From: an uncultured Bacteroidia bacterium | GTDB lineage: Bacteria; Bacteroidota; Bacteroidia; Bacteroidales; Prolixibacteraceae | Length of the DNA stretch: 64,000 bases | Direction of reading: 5' to 3' | NCBI GenBank assembly: GCA_903850335.1 | Contig: CAINLJ010000114.1 | Location: 8,742 to 72,741 of the forward strand | Shown: one piece after another, positions 18,912 to 27,499 of the stretch | Position numbering within the stretch: position 1 is the stretch's first letter | How the letters are laid out: the number at the start of each line of letters is the position of its first letter | Notes under the pieces: generated by a model | Seen by the model: only the letters and a program-made list of their open reading frames with translations | What the model was told of the DNA's origin: nothing | The model's database searches: none | Program-made: the position numbers and the translations under genes

Positions 18912-20276
18912 TTATTGACGTAATGATTCTACCGGGTCCTTTTCCGCAGCCCTCTTTGCAGGTACATACCCAAATACTATCCCAATAAAGACTGACACCC
19001 CAAAGGAGATAATTATGGAGAACAGTGAAATAATCGTTTTAATATCAAAGACTGTTTGTATGATTTTCGTTAAAATAACCCCCAGGATAATTCCAATTAA
19101 ACCACCGGAAATACTAATTAAGGTGGATTCAGAGAGGAACTGGAAAACGATATCCTTCCGTGAAGCTCCAATCGCCTGACGGGTTCCGATTTCCCTGATC
19201 CGCTCCATGACCGACGCGAGCATTATATTCATAATTCCAATACCACCGACAATTAATGATATTCCGGCGATTGCTCCCAGAACGATGTTGAAAATATTTT
19301 TTGTCTTTTGCTGTTGTTTCAATAACAATTCAGGAATGCTTACATCAAAGTCCTGCACATTATTATGCTTCCTTAAAAGCATTTTTCCCACAATCTTAGC
19401 AGTTGAGGTCAGAGTGGGTGTTTCAGCAACCTGAATAATTACCATATCAAGCTGGTTGGTATCTTCAATGGTTGTATTTTGGTTACCTCCCCTGCCTGAA
19501 GCCTCAACCTGATCAGCCCTGATCAGTGCTTTATTCCTGTATCTCAACAACATAGTTTTAACAGGAATAATAATTTTATTATCCGTACTGCTGATCGCCA
19601 TTGTACCTCCCCCTGTGCCTACAAAACTTCGTTTCTCGATAACACCTATGATTTTAAGCCAGATTTGACCACATTTTATGAATTTTCCCACTGGATTCTC
19701 CTGATTAAAGAAGACGTTCTTGACGTTATTTCCAATGATACAAACCGGATAACCGTTTATCAGGTGTTGAATATTAAAAAATGTACCGGATTCAAGCCTG
19801 ATATCGAACAAACTGAAATAAGTGTTTGTGGTTCCTTCCAATTTTATAGGGCTGCTTTTATCATTCAGGATTGCAGAATAATTAAAATTAATTACCGGAC
19901 AGACATCTTTAACTGTTGGAATAATTTCTTTGATTGATTCAGCGTCCAGCAGTGTAAGCCCCCTGGAGAATTTGGTCTTACTGGCAGACTGTGTCTGTCC
20001 TGCATCACCTGAGGCAGCACTCTTTTGATCGTTGGCTGTTGCCTGATTGGATGGTAAAATTGGTGTAACAATAATATTGTTTACGCCCACCATTTTAATT
20101 TGTTCAAGGATCTCCTGCTCAGCACCATTGCCGATTGCAAGCATACTGATCACTGCAGCGACTCCGAAAATAATCCCCAGTGCGGTAAGTAATGATTTAA
20201 TCTTATTGGCAAAAATAGCTTCTACCGCAATTAAAACATTATAAGAATATCGTTCATAATATGCTCTTATCTTCAT
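18912..20276 (-). CDS. MacB-type ABC permease (FtsX domain, no fused NBD)
   Basis: 454 aa. One N-terminal TM is followed by a ~270-aa periplasmic domain and a C-terminal 3-TM FtsX bundle (GGIGIMNIMLASVMERIREIGTRQAIGA). Confidence 0.75.
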   Translation of the reverse strand: MKIRAYYERYSYNVLIAVEAIFANKIKSLLTALGIIFGVAAVISMLAIGNGAEQEILEQIKMVGVNNIIVTPILPSNQATANDQKSAASGDAGQTQSASKTKFSRGLTLLDAESIKEIIPTVKDVCPVINFNYSAILNDKSSPIKLEGTTNTYFSLFDIRLESGTFFNIQHLINGYPVCIIGNNVKNVFFNQENPVGKFIKCGQIWLKIIGVIEKRSFVGTGGGTMAISSTDNKIIIPVKTMLLRYRNKALIRADQVEASGRGGNQNTTIEDTNQLDMVIIQVAETPTLTSTAKIVGKMLLRKHNNVQDFDVSIPELLLKQQQKTKNIFNIVLGAIAGISLIVGGIGIMNIMLASVMERIREIGTRQAIGASRKDIVFQFLSESTLISISGGLIGIILGVILTKIIQTVFDIKTIISLFSIIISFGVSVFIGIVFGYVPAKRAAEKDPVESLRQ

Positions 20277-20294
20277 CCGTTCAGAATTATTCGG

Positions 20295-21668
20295 TTATTT
20301 CACGGGCAGGTTTCCCGAACCTGCTTCCCCTACACCCGATTGTGAAACTAAAGGCTCTTTATTAGCAGATTCCAGTAACTTTCTTTTCTCATTTTCAATT
20401 TTGACTTTCTGCTCCTTATAAATCTCCCAGCCTGTGGTTTCAATTTCATCTGGCTTTTCAGGTTCATTATATACAACTTCATCACCTTCAGCCAGTCCCT
20501 TATTCACAACAGTGTAATTTTCATTCTCACTTCCAAGATCAACGATCTGTCGCACAATCCCCTTCTTTCTCAGATACACATATTTCAAAGTATCGTTTGC
20601 ATAGACAGCATCTGACGGGATAATCAATCTGTCCGTGTAGGAACCTGTAACGATTGTATTACTTGTTGTCATGGCCGGCTTTAGTAGAGGATCGAATCCG
20701 AAAACCCTGATCTTAACTTCAAAAACTTTCGCATCGCTTTTAGGCATAGGCTGGCCAATGTTTGCAACTGAAATCACCTCTCCTTTCAGCTCTTTTTCAG
20801 GAAAAGCATCAATACTTAATTTAACTTTCTGCCCATTTTTAATTTTGGAAATATCAATTTCGTTAACGTAAGTTTTTGAGATCATCCTAGTCATATCGGG
20901 AAGTGTGGCGATAATTGGGTTCCAGGTACTAACGCTTGATCCCACTTGTATTTTGGTCCCCATCCTGTCCTTTGCATAGATAACCATTCCCTGTTTGGGA
21001 GCCTTGATCGTCAGGGCATCTGACAACTTCAACAATTCATCAATTTTTTGGTTTTTTTGCTGCAAATCCAATGAAGCCCTGTCCACTTTCGATTTTGCCT
21101 GTCTCTCCTTCAGTTGAAAGCCTTTTTTATCCTGCTCCAATTTTCGCCTGACCTTTTCAAGATCCATCTCTGCCTTCTTAATTACAGATGGAGACTCGTA
21201 TGCTGACTCCGCAACAATAATCTTTTTTTCTTCAACATCTGAAGTGGAGTTAATTAACTGGTCACGAAAGTTGCTCAGCGTAAGATTTGAATCCATTTTG
21301 GCATCCTGGAGCGCAACAAGTGACAACTCCATATCCTCCCGTGCCTTTGTCAGCACTTCTTCGATCACCTTGTGGTCGAGTGTTGCAATAAACTGACCGG
21401 AATCAACAACACTTCCCTCTTCAAGTAAATCTGATATTTTTATTTCATAAATACCTACATTTCTTCCTGCCAACTCGGCCGGAACAACAATATTAACAGA
21501 CTTTTCAGCTTCTAGCTGACCGGATGTGTGTACCTTTATTTCTATTGGCCCCTTTACAACTTTGCAAGTAACAACCTCAATTTCTGAGCTTTTACTCCTA
21601 TTCAAATAGAAAATTAAAAACAGGACAATGGCAGCACCTGAAATAATAAATACGGATTTTCTCTTCAT
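20295..21668 (-). CDS. efflux periplasmic adaptor (HlyD/MFP family), paralog A
   Basis: About 457 aa from ATG 21668 (MKRKSVFIISG, TM anchor). It has a coiled-coil and barrel motifs (LPDMTRMISKTYVNEIDISKIKNGQ), plus an extra ~60-aa charged C-terminal tail. Confidence 0.75.
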   Translation of the reverse strand: MKRKSVFIISGAAIVLFLIFYLNRSKSSEIEVVTCKVVKGPIEIKVHTSGQLEAEKSVNIVVPAELAGRNVGIYEIKISDLLEEGSVVDSGQFIATLDHKVIEEVLTKAREDMELSLVALQDAKMDSNLTLSNFRDQLINSTSDVEEKKIIVAESAYESPSVIKKAEMDLEKVRRKLEQDKKGFQLKERQAKSKVDRASLDLQQKNQKIDELLKLSDALTIKAPKQGMVIYAKDRMGTKIQVGSSVSTWNPIIATLPDMTRMISKTYVNEIDISKIKNGQKVKLSIDAFPEKELKGEVISVANIGQPMPKSDAKVFEVKIRVFGFDPLLKPAMTTSNTIVTGSYTDRLIIPSDAVYANDTLKYVYLRKKGIVRQIVDLGSENENYTVVNKGLAEGDEVVYNEPEKPDEIETTGWEIYKEQKVKIENEKRKLLESANKEPLVSQSGVGEAGSGNLPVK

Positions 21669-21836
21669 TATGATCGTATTATAATCTGATTCACGGAAAT
21701 TATACAATTTATATTCTTAATATTCAATCGTTTAAAATGAAACAAAATTTCCAGAAATAAAATAAAAAAGGTGGGTAAAGATAAGAATAGAAATGATGTA
21801 AAATATACTTGTACGTTAACGGAAGAAAAATTCCGA

Positions 21837-22598
21837 TTAAAATCGATGAATAAAGCTCTCCTTTTGCAGATTTTTTCGAAATAGGACAAATCCTGTTTCA
21901 AAATGATCCAATGTTACTCTAACCTCCCTGTTGGAGACCAATTCATTCCATAAACTTTCCATTTCGACAGATTGATGTATCCCCCTTATGATCAAAATTT
22001 CATCATCTCCATGATTAGCCAGAATTGAATTGATAAGATATTTTGACTTTTCAGGAAAGTACGGGTAATTAATTACATAAAAACCCTGATCAGTAATCGG
22101 GACTTCATTCTCATTATAAATGAAGAGATTAGGGATCGTTAAATCAACATGTAATGCTGAGACGAATTGGTCGTAAAGTTCATTACCAGAAATAAAATAT
22201 ACAGGAATCCTGTTATTTGCCAAAGCGAGTGCTGAAAGATTGACACCAAGGCCTGGACCATAATAAGTAACAGCAGAGGGTTGAAACCACCGGATTAAAC
22301 GGAGCATCATCTCACCAAATTTATTTCGCAATTCAATTTTTCTGTAAATTTCATTGGGCTTTGCCGGGAAACTCAGCAACGAAGAATTTGAACCAATACG
22401 AGCTTGAAAATCCTTTTGAGCTAACAGTTTTATTGCCCTGCTGCGTAAACTTTTCAAAATCAGATATTCAGGTATTTTCTGGCGATTTTCTATAACGGTA
22501 GTAATCAGGAGGAAAAGAAAGGGCGAATGTATTCCATGTCCACCCCTATGGTGCGCTTTGAAATAATATCTCTGGAAACTTTTCTGTTTATGATTCAT
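21837..22598 (-). CDS. conserved hypothetical, possibly class I SAM-dependent methyltransferase-like
   Basis: 253 aa from ATG 22598. The N-terminal HGIHSPFLF motif resembles a Bacteroidota family usually annotated as a SAM methyltransferase. No clear GxGxG was seen. Confidence 0.4.
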   Translation of the reverse strand: MNHKQKSFQRYYFKAHHRGGHGIHSPFLFLLITTVIENRQKIPEYLILKSLRSRAIKLLAQKDFQARIGSNSSLLSFPAKPNEIYRKIELRNKFGEMMLRLIRWFQPSAVTYYGPGLGVNLSALALANNRIPVYFISGNELYDQFVSALHVDLTIPNLFIYNENEVPITDQGFYVINYPYFPEKSKYLINSILANHGDDEILIIRGIHQSVEMESLWNELVSNREVRVTLDHFETGFVLFRKNLQKESFIHRF

Positions 22599-22688
22599 TT
22601 TAAAGGTTTCTAAGAACAAAACTAAGAAACATTTAGTAATCTTAGGAATGAAGTTTGGAAAGCTGTTTTTTTCATGTAAGTTTGTTTT

Positions 22689-24794
22689 ATGTCGGGAATA
22701 CTATCACAGGATATTAAATTTCTTCCGGGCGTCGGACCGCGAAAGTCGATCATTCTGAACCAGGAGCTGAAGATTTTTACTTTGGGTGATCTGATCTATT
22801 ATTTTCCCTATAAATACGTAGACCGCACCAAATTCTATACTATTCGGGAGATTAACAGCACTTTACCCTACATTCAGATAAAAGGCAGAATAACCGGATC
22901 TGAGGTTACAGGCGTTGGCAGAAACCAGCGTCTGATCGCATACTTTTCTGATGGAACAGGAATTCTTGAACTAATCTGGTTTCAGGGTATCCGTTATGTT
23001 ACACAAACGATAAAAACCGGAATCGAATATATTGCATTCGGAAAACCGACAGAGTTTAATAATCAGTTCAGCATCGTACATCCCGAATTGGATGAAAATA
23101 CTCAGGAATCTAATTTAAAGGATGGCTTTATTCAGGCATTTTACAATACATCCGAGAAATTAAAATCAAATTTTATTCATTCAAAGAACATCCTTAAACT
23201 TCAATATACCGCGCTTCAACTTGCAAAAGGAAGTATCTACGAATCGATGCCTGCATGGCTCGTTCAAAAACTTGGAATGATTGGGCTTGAATCAGCTTTA
23301 ATCAACATCCACTTTCCGGAAAATCCGCAGGTCCTTAAAAAAGCAGAATACAGGCTTAAATTTGAAGAATTATTCTATATCCAGTTAAAATTACTTCATC
23401 TTAGAGAAGACCGTCATAAAAAATTCAGGGGTCATTTATTTACAAAGGTCGGTAGTTATTTTAATGATTTCTTTTATAATCATCTGCCATTTGAATTAAC
23501 AAATGCCCAGAAACGTGTGGTCAAAGAGATCCGGAAGGATATGGGAACTGGCCGGCAAATGAACAGACTTCTCCAGGGCGATGTAGGAAGTGGGAAGACA
23601 ATGGTTGCTCTTATGTCGATGCTTATTGCCCTGGATAATGGTTTTCAATGTTGTCTGATGGCTCCAACTGAAATACTGGCTAATCAGCATCATATTTCAA
23701 TTCAGAAGTTCCTTGGCGACATGAGTGTGAAAGTAAAATTGTTAACCGGTTCGACAAAAAAGAGTGAGCGGGCTGTAATTCATAATGAGCTACTTACCGG
23801 GAATCTTCATATATTAACAGGCACTCATGCATTACTTGAGGATATTGTCCAGTTCGAGTCGCTTGGGTTGGTAATCATTGATGAACAGCATCGGTTCGGA
23901 GTAACTCAGCGTGCAAGGTTATGGCGCAAAAATTTTATTCCGCCTCATGTTCTTGTAATGACGGCAACTCCAATTCCAAGGACCCTTGCTATGACAGTTT
24001 ACGGTGACCTTGATGTATCAGTTATCGACGAATTGCCGCCAGGGCGAAAGCCAATACATACCGTTCATTATTTCGAAAACAAAAGATTGATTGTTTACGA
24101 TTTTATTCGAAAAGAGATTGCAGAGGGACGACAGGTGTATATTGTCTATCCACTAATTTCTGAATCAGAAAAAATGGATTACAAAAATCTCGAAGAGGGT
24201 TACGAGCAGATAAAAAAAATATTTCCTCATCCTGAATACTCAATTGGAATGGTTCATGGAAGGCTGAAAGCAGCTGCGAAAGACATTGAAATGCAACGCT
24301 TTAAAAAAGGAGAAACCCAGATTCTGGTCGCAACAACAGTTATTGAAGTAGGTGTCGATGTACCAAATGCCTCTGTAATGATTATTGAGAGCACCGAGAG
24401 ATTTGGTTTGTCTCAGCTGCATCAGCTCAGAGGCAGGGTGGGAAGAGGTGCAGAACAATCGTACTGCATTCTGTTAAGTAGTTATAAGCTTGGTTCTGAA
24501 AGCAGAAAAAGAATCGAAACGATGGTCGCAACAAATGATGGGTTCGAAATAGCCGAGGCAGATATGCGTCTTAGGGGTCCCGGCGATATTGAAGGGACCC
24601 AGCAGAGTGGAATCGCATTCGACCTTAAGATAAGCAATCTTGCCAGGGATGGGCAGATTTTGCAATATGCCAGAGACATAGCCGAATCAATAATTTCCGA
24701 AGACCCACTACTTGAACAAAAACAAAATGAAATCCTGAAGAAACAATTAATTGCTCTTAGAAAAAACCATTTAAACTGGGGCTCCGTAAGTTAA
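22689..24794 (+). CDS. recG: ATP-dependent DNA helicase RecG
   Basis: 701 aa with an N-terminal wedge/OB region, Walker A GDVGSGKT, DEQH box IIDEQHRFG, and the TATPIPRT and QLRGRVGRG motifs. Confidence 0.9.
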   Translation: MSGILSQDIKFLPGVGPRKSIILNQELKIFTLGDLIYYFPYKYVDRTKFYTIREINSTLPYIQIKGRITGSEVTGVGRNQRLIAYFSDGTGILELIWFQGIRYVTQTIKTGIEYIAFGKPTEFNNQFSIVHPELDENTQESNLKDGFIQAFYNTSEKLKSNFIHSKNILKLQYTALQLAKGSIYESMPAWLVQKLGMIGLESALINIHFPENPQVLKKAEYRLKFEELFYIQLKLLHLREDRHKKFRGHLFTKVGSYFNDFFYNHLPFELTNAQKRVVKEIRKDMGTGRQMNRLLQGDVGSGKTMVALMSMLIALDNGFQCCLMAPTEILANQHHISIQKFLGDMSVKVKLLTGSTKKSERAVIHNELLTGNLHILTGTHALLEDIVQFESLGLVIIDEQHRFGVTQRARLWRKNFIPPHVLVMTATPIPRTLAMTVYGDLDVSVIDELPPGRKPIHTVHYFENKRLIVYDFIRKEIAEGRQVYIVYPLISESEKMDYKNLEEGYEQIKKIFPHPEYSIGMVHGRLKAAAKDIEMQRFKKGETQILVATTVIEVGVDVPNASVMIIESTERFGLSQLHQLRGRVGRGAEQSYCILLSSYKLGSESRKRIETMVATNDGFEIAEADMRLRGPGDIEGTQQSGIAFDLKISNLARDGQILQYARDIAESIISEDPLLEQKQNEILKKQLIALRKNHLNWGSVS

Positions 24795-24836
24795 AAATAA
24801 TAATCCTTCGGTATTTTTTTCTTAAAACAAAAAACC

Positions 24837-24844
24837 TACTTTTG
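24837..24844 (+). promoter_or_regulatory. candidate -7 box (TAnnTTTG)
   Basis: TACTTTTG lies 126 nt upstream of ATG 24970. This would imply a long 5' leader. Confidence 0.3.
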
Positions 24845-24939
24845 CCACGCGAACCAATATCATATTACGAATGGACGAAGGGCCTGCGGATATATTTTTA
24901 TTAACCTGATATCACAGGAAAGCCATTCTATTGGATGTG

Positions 24940-24966
24940 CTCCTTGTAATATCACAAAGCAAGGAG
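24940..24966 (+). promoter_or_regulatory. hairpin sequestering a Shine-Dalgarno-like AAGGAGG
   Basis: CTCCTTG (24940-24946) is the perfect complement of CAAGGAG (24960-24966), with a 13-nt loop. The 3' arm is the AAGGAGGA box 3-4 nt before ATG 24970. Confidence 0.35.
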
Positions 24967-24969
24967 GAT

Positions 24970-26238
24970 ATGACATCAATCACAACATTCTATTTAAGTC
25001 GTATTGTAGGACAAAAAGTTCTCGATCATAATGGTATCTACCTCGGTACTGTCAAAGATCTGCTTGTAGATCCAGAACCTTCGACATATCCAACCGGTCA
25101 TCCTGTTGTAAAAGGGATAAAAATCAAGTATGCAAGAAATATTACATTCTATTCTTTCGAAAACTTCCATGTCGAAAAGGTCAATGGCAAATTAACAGTA
25201 ATCTGTGATCAACTCATCGAATTATCTAAAGATGAGACTAATAATAGCATGCTCCTTGTAGATGCAGTTCTTGATAATCAAATCGTGGACCTTAACGGGA
25301 GGAAGCTTGTACGTGTTAACGACGTCCGTCTGGTTACAATAAGCAGCGGAACATTCGCCGTTGCCGTAGACATCGGTATTGAAGGACTATTACGAAGAAT
25401 AGGTATCGTTAAACCGCTAAAAATTATTGTAGAATTTTTAGGTGGAACTATCCCTGCGAAATTTATCCTCTGGGAAGATGTCGAGACTATTGACTTTTCC
25501 AATCTGAATATTAAACTCTCGAAGAGTTATACAAAACTTCAGACACTACACCCTTCCGACCTCGCTGACATCATCGAAGACCTTGGACGCAAAGCGAGTA
25601 CCGAGGTTTTTTCTGCCCTCGATGACGAAAAAGCGGCGGATGTAATGGAAGAACTCGATACCGAAACCCAGGTACATATCCTCGAAAGTCTTTCGATCGA
25701 AAAAGCTGCTGATGTACTCGATAAGATGCCTGCCGATGAAGTGGCAGATATTCTGGATGCACTCGAAGACGACAAGGCAGAATTGCTCCTGAACGAAATG
25801 GAGAAAGATACATCCCAGGAAGTAAGGGAATTGCTCGTTTATCCGGATCATACGGTAGGAAGTATAATGTCGTCCGAGGTGATGTCATTTAACCAGCATA
25901 CAACAATTGAAGAGGTTCTTGCTGAACTGAGAAACCAAAAACCCGAATTCGAAACGCTCTATAACCTGTTTGTCACAGATGACAAGGATGTACTTCTTGC
26001 AACTTTCTCTATCCGTGATGTAGTTATTTCATCACCCGATGTTCAGATTAAACAAATCATGAAGCCATCGCCCGTCCATCTTCGTGATTATCAAAAAATT
26101 AATGAAGTTGCGGAAATAGTTTCGAAATACAATTTATTAGCCATCCCTGTTGTCGATAAGAAGAATGTATTAAAGGGTATGGTGGTCATCGACGACGTGA
26201 TTGAAGACTTAATTAAGAAACGCAGAACCAACAAATAA
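24970..26238 (+). CDS. MgtE-like cytosolic module (PRC-barrel + MgtE_N + 2xCBS), no membrane domain
   Basis: The N-terminal region (LSRIVGQKVLDHNGIYLGTVKDLLVD) is PRC-barrel-like. An acidic helical MgtE_N region follows (LHPSDLADIIEDL...EKAADVLDKMPADEVADILDAL), then a CBS pair. The protein ends ...LIKKRRTNK with no TM segments. I prefer ATG 24970 to the track TTG at 24931. Confidence 0.75.
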   Translation: MTSITTFYLSRIVGQKVLDHNGIYLGTVKDLLVDPEPSTYPTGHPVVKGIKIKYARNITFYSFENFHVEKVNGKLTVICDQLIELSKDETNNSMLLVDAVLDNQIVDLNGRKLVRVNDVRLVTISSGTFAVAVDIGIEGLLRRIGIVKPLKIIVEFLGGTIPAKFILWEDVETIDFSNLNIKLSKSYTKLQTLHPSDLADIIEDLGRKASTEVFSALDDEKAADVMEELDTETQVHILESLSIEKAADVLDKMPADEVADILDALEDDKAELLLNEMEKDTSQEVRELLVYPDHTVGSIMSSEVMSFNQHTTIEEVLAELRNQKPEFETLYNLFVTDDKDVLLATFSIRDVVISSPDVQIKQIMKPSPVHLRDYQKINEVAEIVSKYNLLAIPVVDKKNVLKGMVVIDDVIEDLIKKRRTNK

Positions 26239-26248
26239 CCATTGAGTT

Positions 26249-27499
26249 ATGTCAAAAAATAAAAAATCCATTTTCCAAAAGATCGGTTTATTTCTGGCAA
26301 TTCTTGGTCCCGGAATAATCACCGGTAGCGTCGATAATGATGCAGGGGGAATTACTACCTACTCAGTGGCTGCTGCTATCTATGGCTATAGCCTGATCTG
26401 GACTCTCATCCCTTCATTTATAGTACTTGTAGTGATTCAGGAAATGAATGCGCGTATGGGTATTGTTACCGGCAAAGGCCTTGCTGACCTGATTCGTGAA
26501 AATGCAGGAGTGAAAATAACATTCTTCATATTTATTGGACTATTAATTGCAGATATAGGAAATACGACGACCGAATTTGCAGGTGTGGCCGGAAGTATGG
26601 AAGTCTTTGGAGTAAGTAAATATATTTCGGTGCCCATAGTTGGTTTCATGGTCTGGTTTTTAGTTGTTAAAGGAACATATAAGATAGCAGAACGTATCTT
26701 CCTGTTATTCAGCATCTCGTTACTTATGTATGTTGTGTCTGCCATAATGGGGAAACCACATTGGGGGGAAATTGGACATTCAATTATTCATCCGCAGATG
26801 GAACTCTCAGCCAGGAGTATCTCCATGGTTATCGGTATTATTGGAACAACAATTGCTCCCTGGATGCAGTTTTACATGCAATCGTCTGTGATCGAAAAAG
26901 GATTGAAGATGAAGCAATACAAATACACCCTGATCGACATCATTGTAGGATGTGTCGCCACTGTTGTGGTAGCATTCTTTATAATGGTAGCCTGCGCTTC
27001 GACCCTGCATGAAAACGGCGTGCAAATTAACGAAGCAAAAGATGCCGCACTGGCTCTTAAACCACTTGCCGGAGCTTTCGCCTCACAGGTATTTGCATTT
27101 GGGCTCTTTATTGCATCAATATTCTCGGCCACTATATTACCACTTGCGACTGCATTTTATGTCTGTGAAGCCTTCGGATTTGAAGCTGGCATAGATAAAA
27201 AGTGGAGTGAAGCTAAAGAATTTTATATTCTTTATACAGGCATTCTGATCGTGGGAGCAGCTATTATCCTGATCCCCCAAGCCCCTTTAATCCTGATATC
27301 CCTGTGGTCGCAAATAATTAACGGGATGCTTTTACCTGTTGTCCTGATCTGCATGATTCTATTGGTTAATAACAAAAAAATCATGGGGAAATATGTAAAT
27401 AAGCTCACCAACAATATCATTGGATGGGGTGCAGTAATTATCCTTATTGCATTGTCCTTAATTCTTTTATTGATGCCTGTGTTTGGAGGGGGAAATTAA
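26249..27499 (+). CDS. NRAMP-family transporter with NRMT-like (Mg-type) site substitutions
   Basis: 416 aa with ~11 TM segments. The TM1 motif reads D31-A-G-G where canonical NRAMPs have DPGN. The TM6 motif reads A203-P-W (GTTIAPWMQFYMQS) where canonical NRAMPs have MPH...LHS. It starts 10 nt after the upstream gene. Confidence 0.8.
   Translation: MSKNKKSIFQKIGLFLAILGPGIITGSVDNDAGGITTYSVAAAIYGYSLIWTLIPSFIVLVVIQEMNARMGIVTGKGLADLIRENAGVKITFFIFIGLLIADIGNTTTEFAGVAGSMEVFGVSKYISVPIVGFMVWFLVVKGTYKIAERIFLLFSISLLMYVVSAIMGKPHWGEIGHSIIHPQMELSARSISMVIGIIGTTIAPWMQFYMQSSVIEKGLKMKQYKYTLIDIIVGCVATVVVAFFIMVACASTLHENGVQINEAKDAALALKPLAGAFASQVFAFGLFIASIFSATILPLATAFYVCEAFGFEAGIDKKWSEAKEFYILYTGILIVGAAIILIPQAPLILISLWSQIINGMLLPVVLICMILLVNNKKIMGKYVNKLTNNIIGWGAVIILIALSLILLLMPVFGGGN

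Noticed and set aside
20689-20699. GGATCGAATCC, a tRNA T-arm-like sequence
   Set aside because: It lies inside the adaptor A coding frame. No acceptor or anticodon stems can be drawn around it.
22677-22684. TAAGTTTG box upstream of recG
   Set aside because: It ends only 4 nt before the ATG, which is too close for the usual -7 geometry unless the mRNA is leaderless. It is not listed as a promoter feature.
24931-24969. TTG start proposed by the track for the MgtE-like gene
   Set aside because: ATG 24970 is preceded by AAGGAGGA and coincides with the start of the PRC-barrel-like domain. The TTG extension adds 13 unrelated residues. The choice remains unproven.
24795-24969. M-box or other known metal riboswitch upstream of the NRMT-like operon
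   Set aside because: I could not recognise conserved M-box or yybP-ykoY sequence blocks by eye. Only the generic SD-sequestering hairpin is reported. A covariance-model scan is needed.
25546-25888. Three overlapping ~100-aa minus-strand ORFs
   Set aside because: They sit antisense to the acidic, GA-rich MgtE_N-encoding region. Such repeats keep antisense frames open. Their products are Ser/Arg-rich with low complexity.
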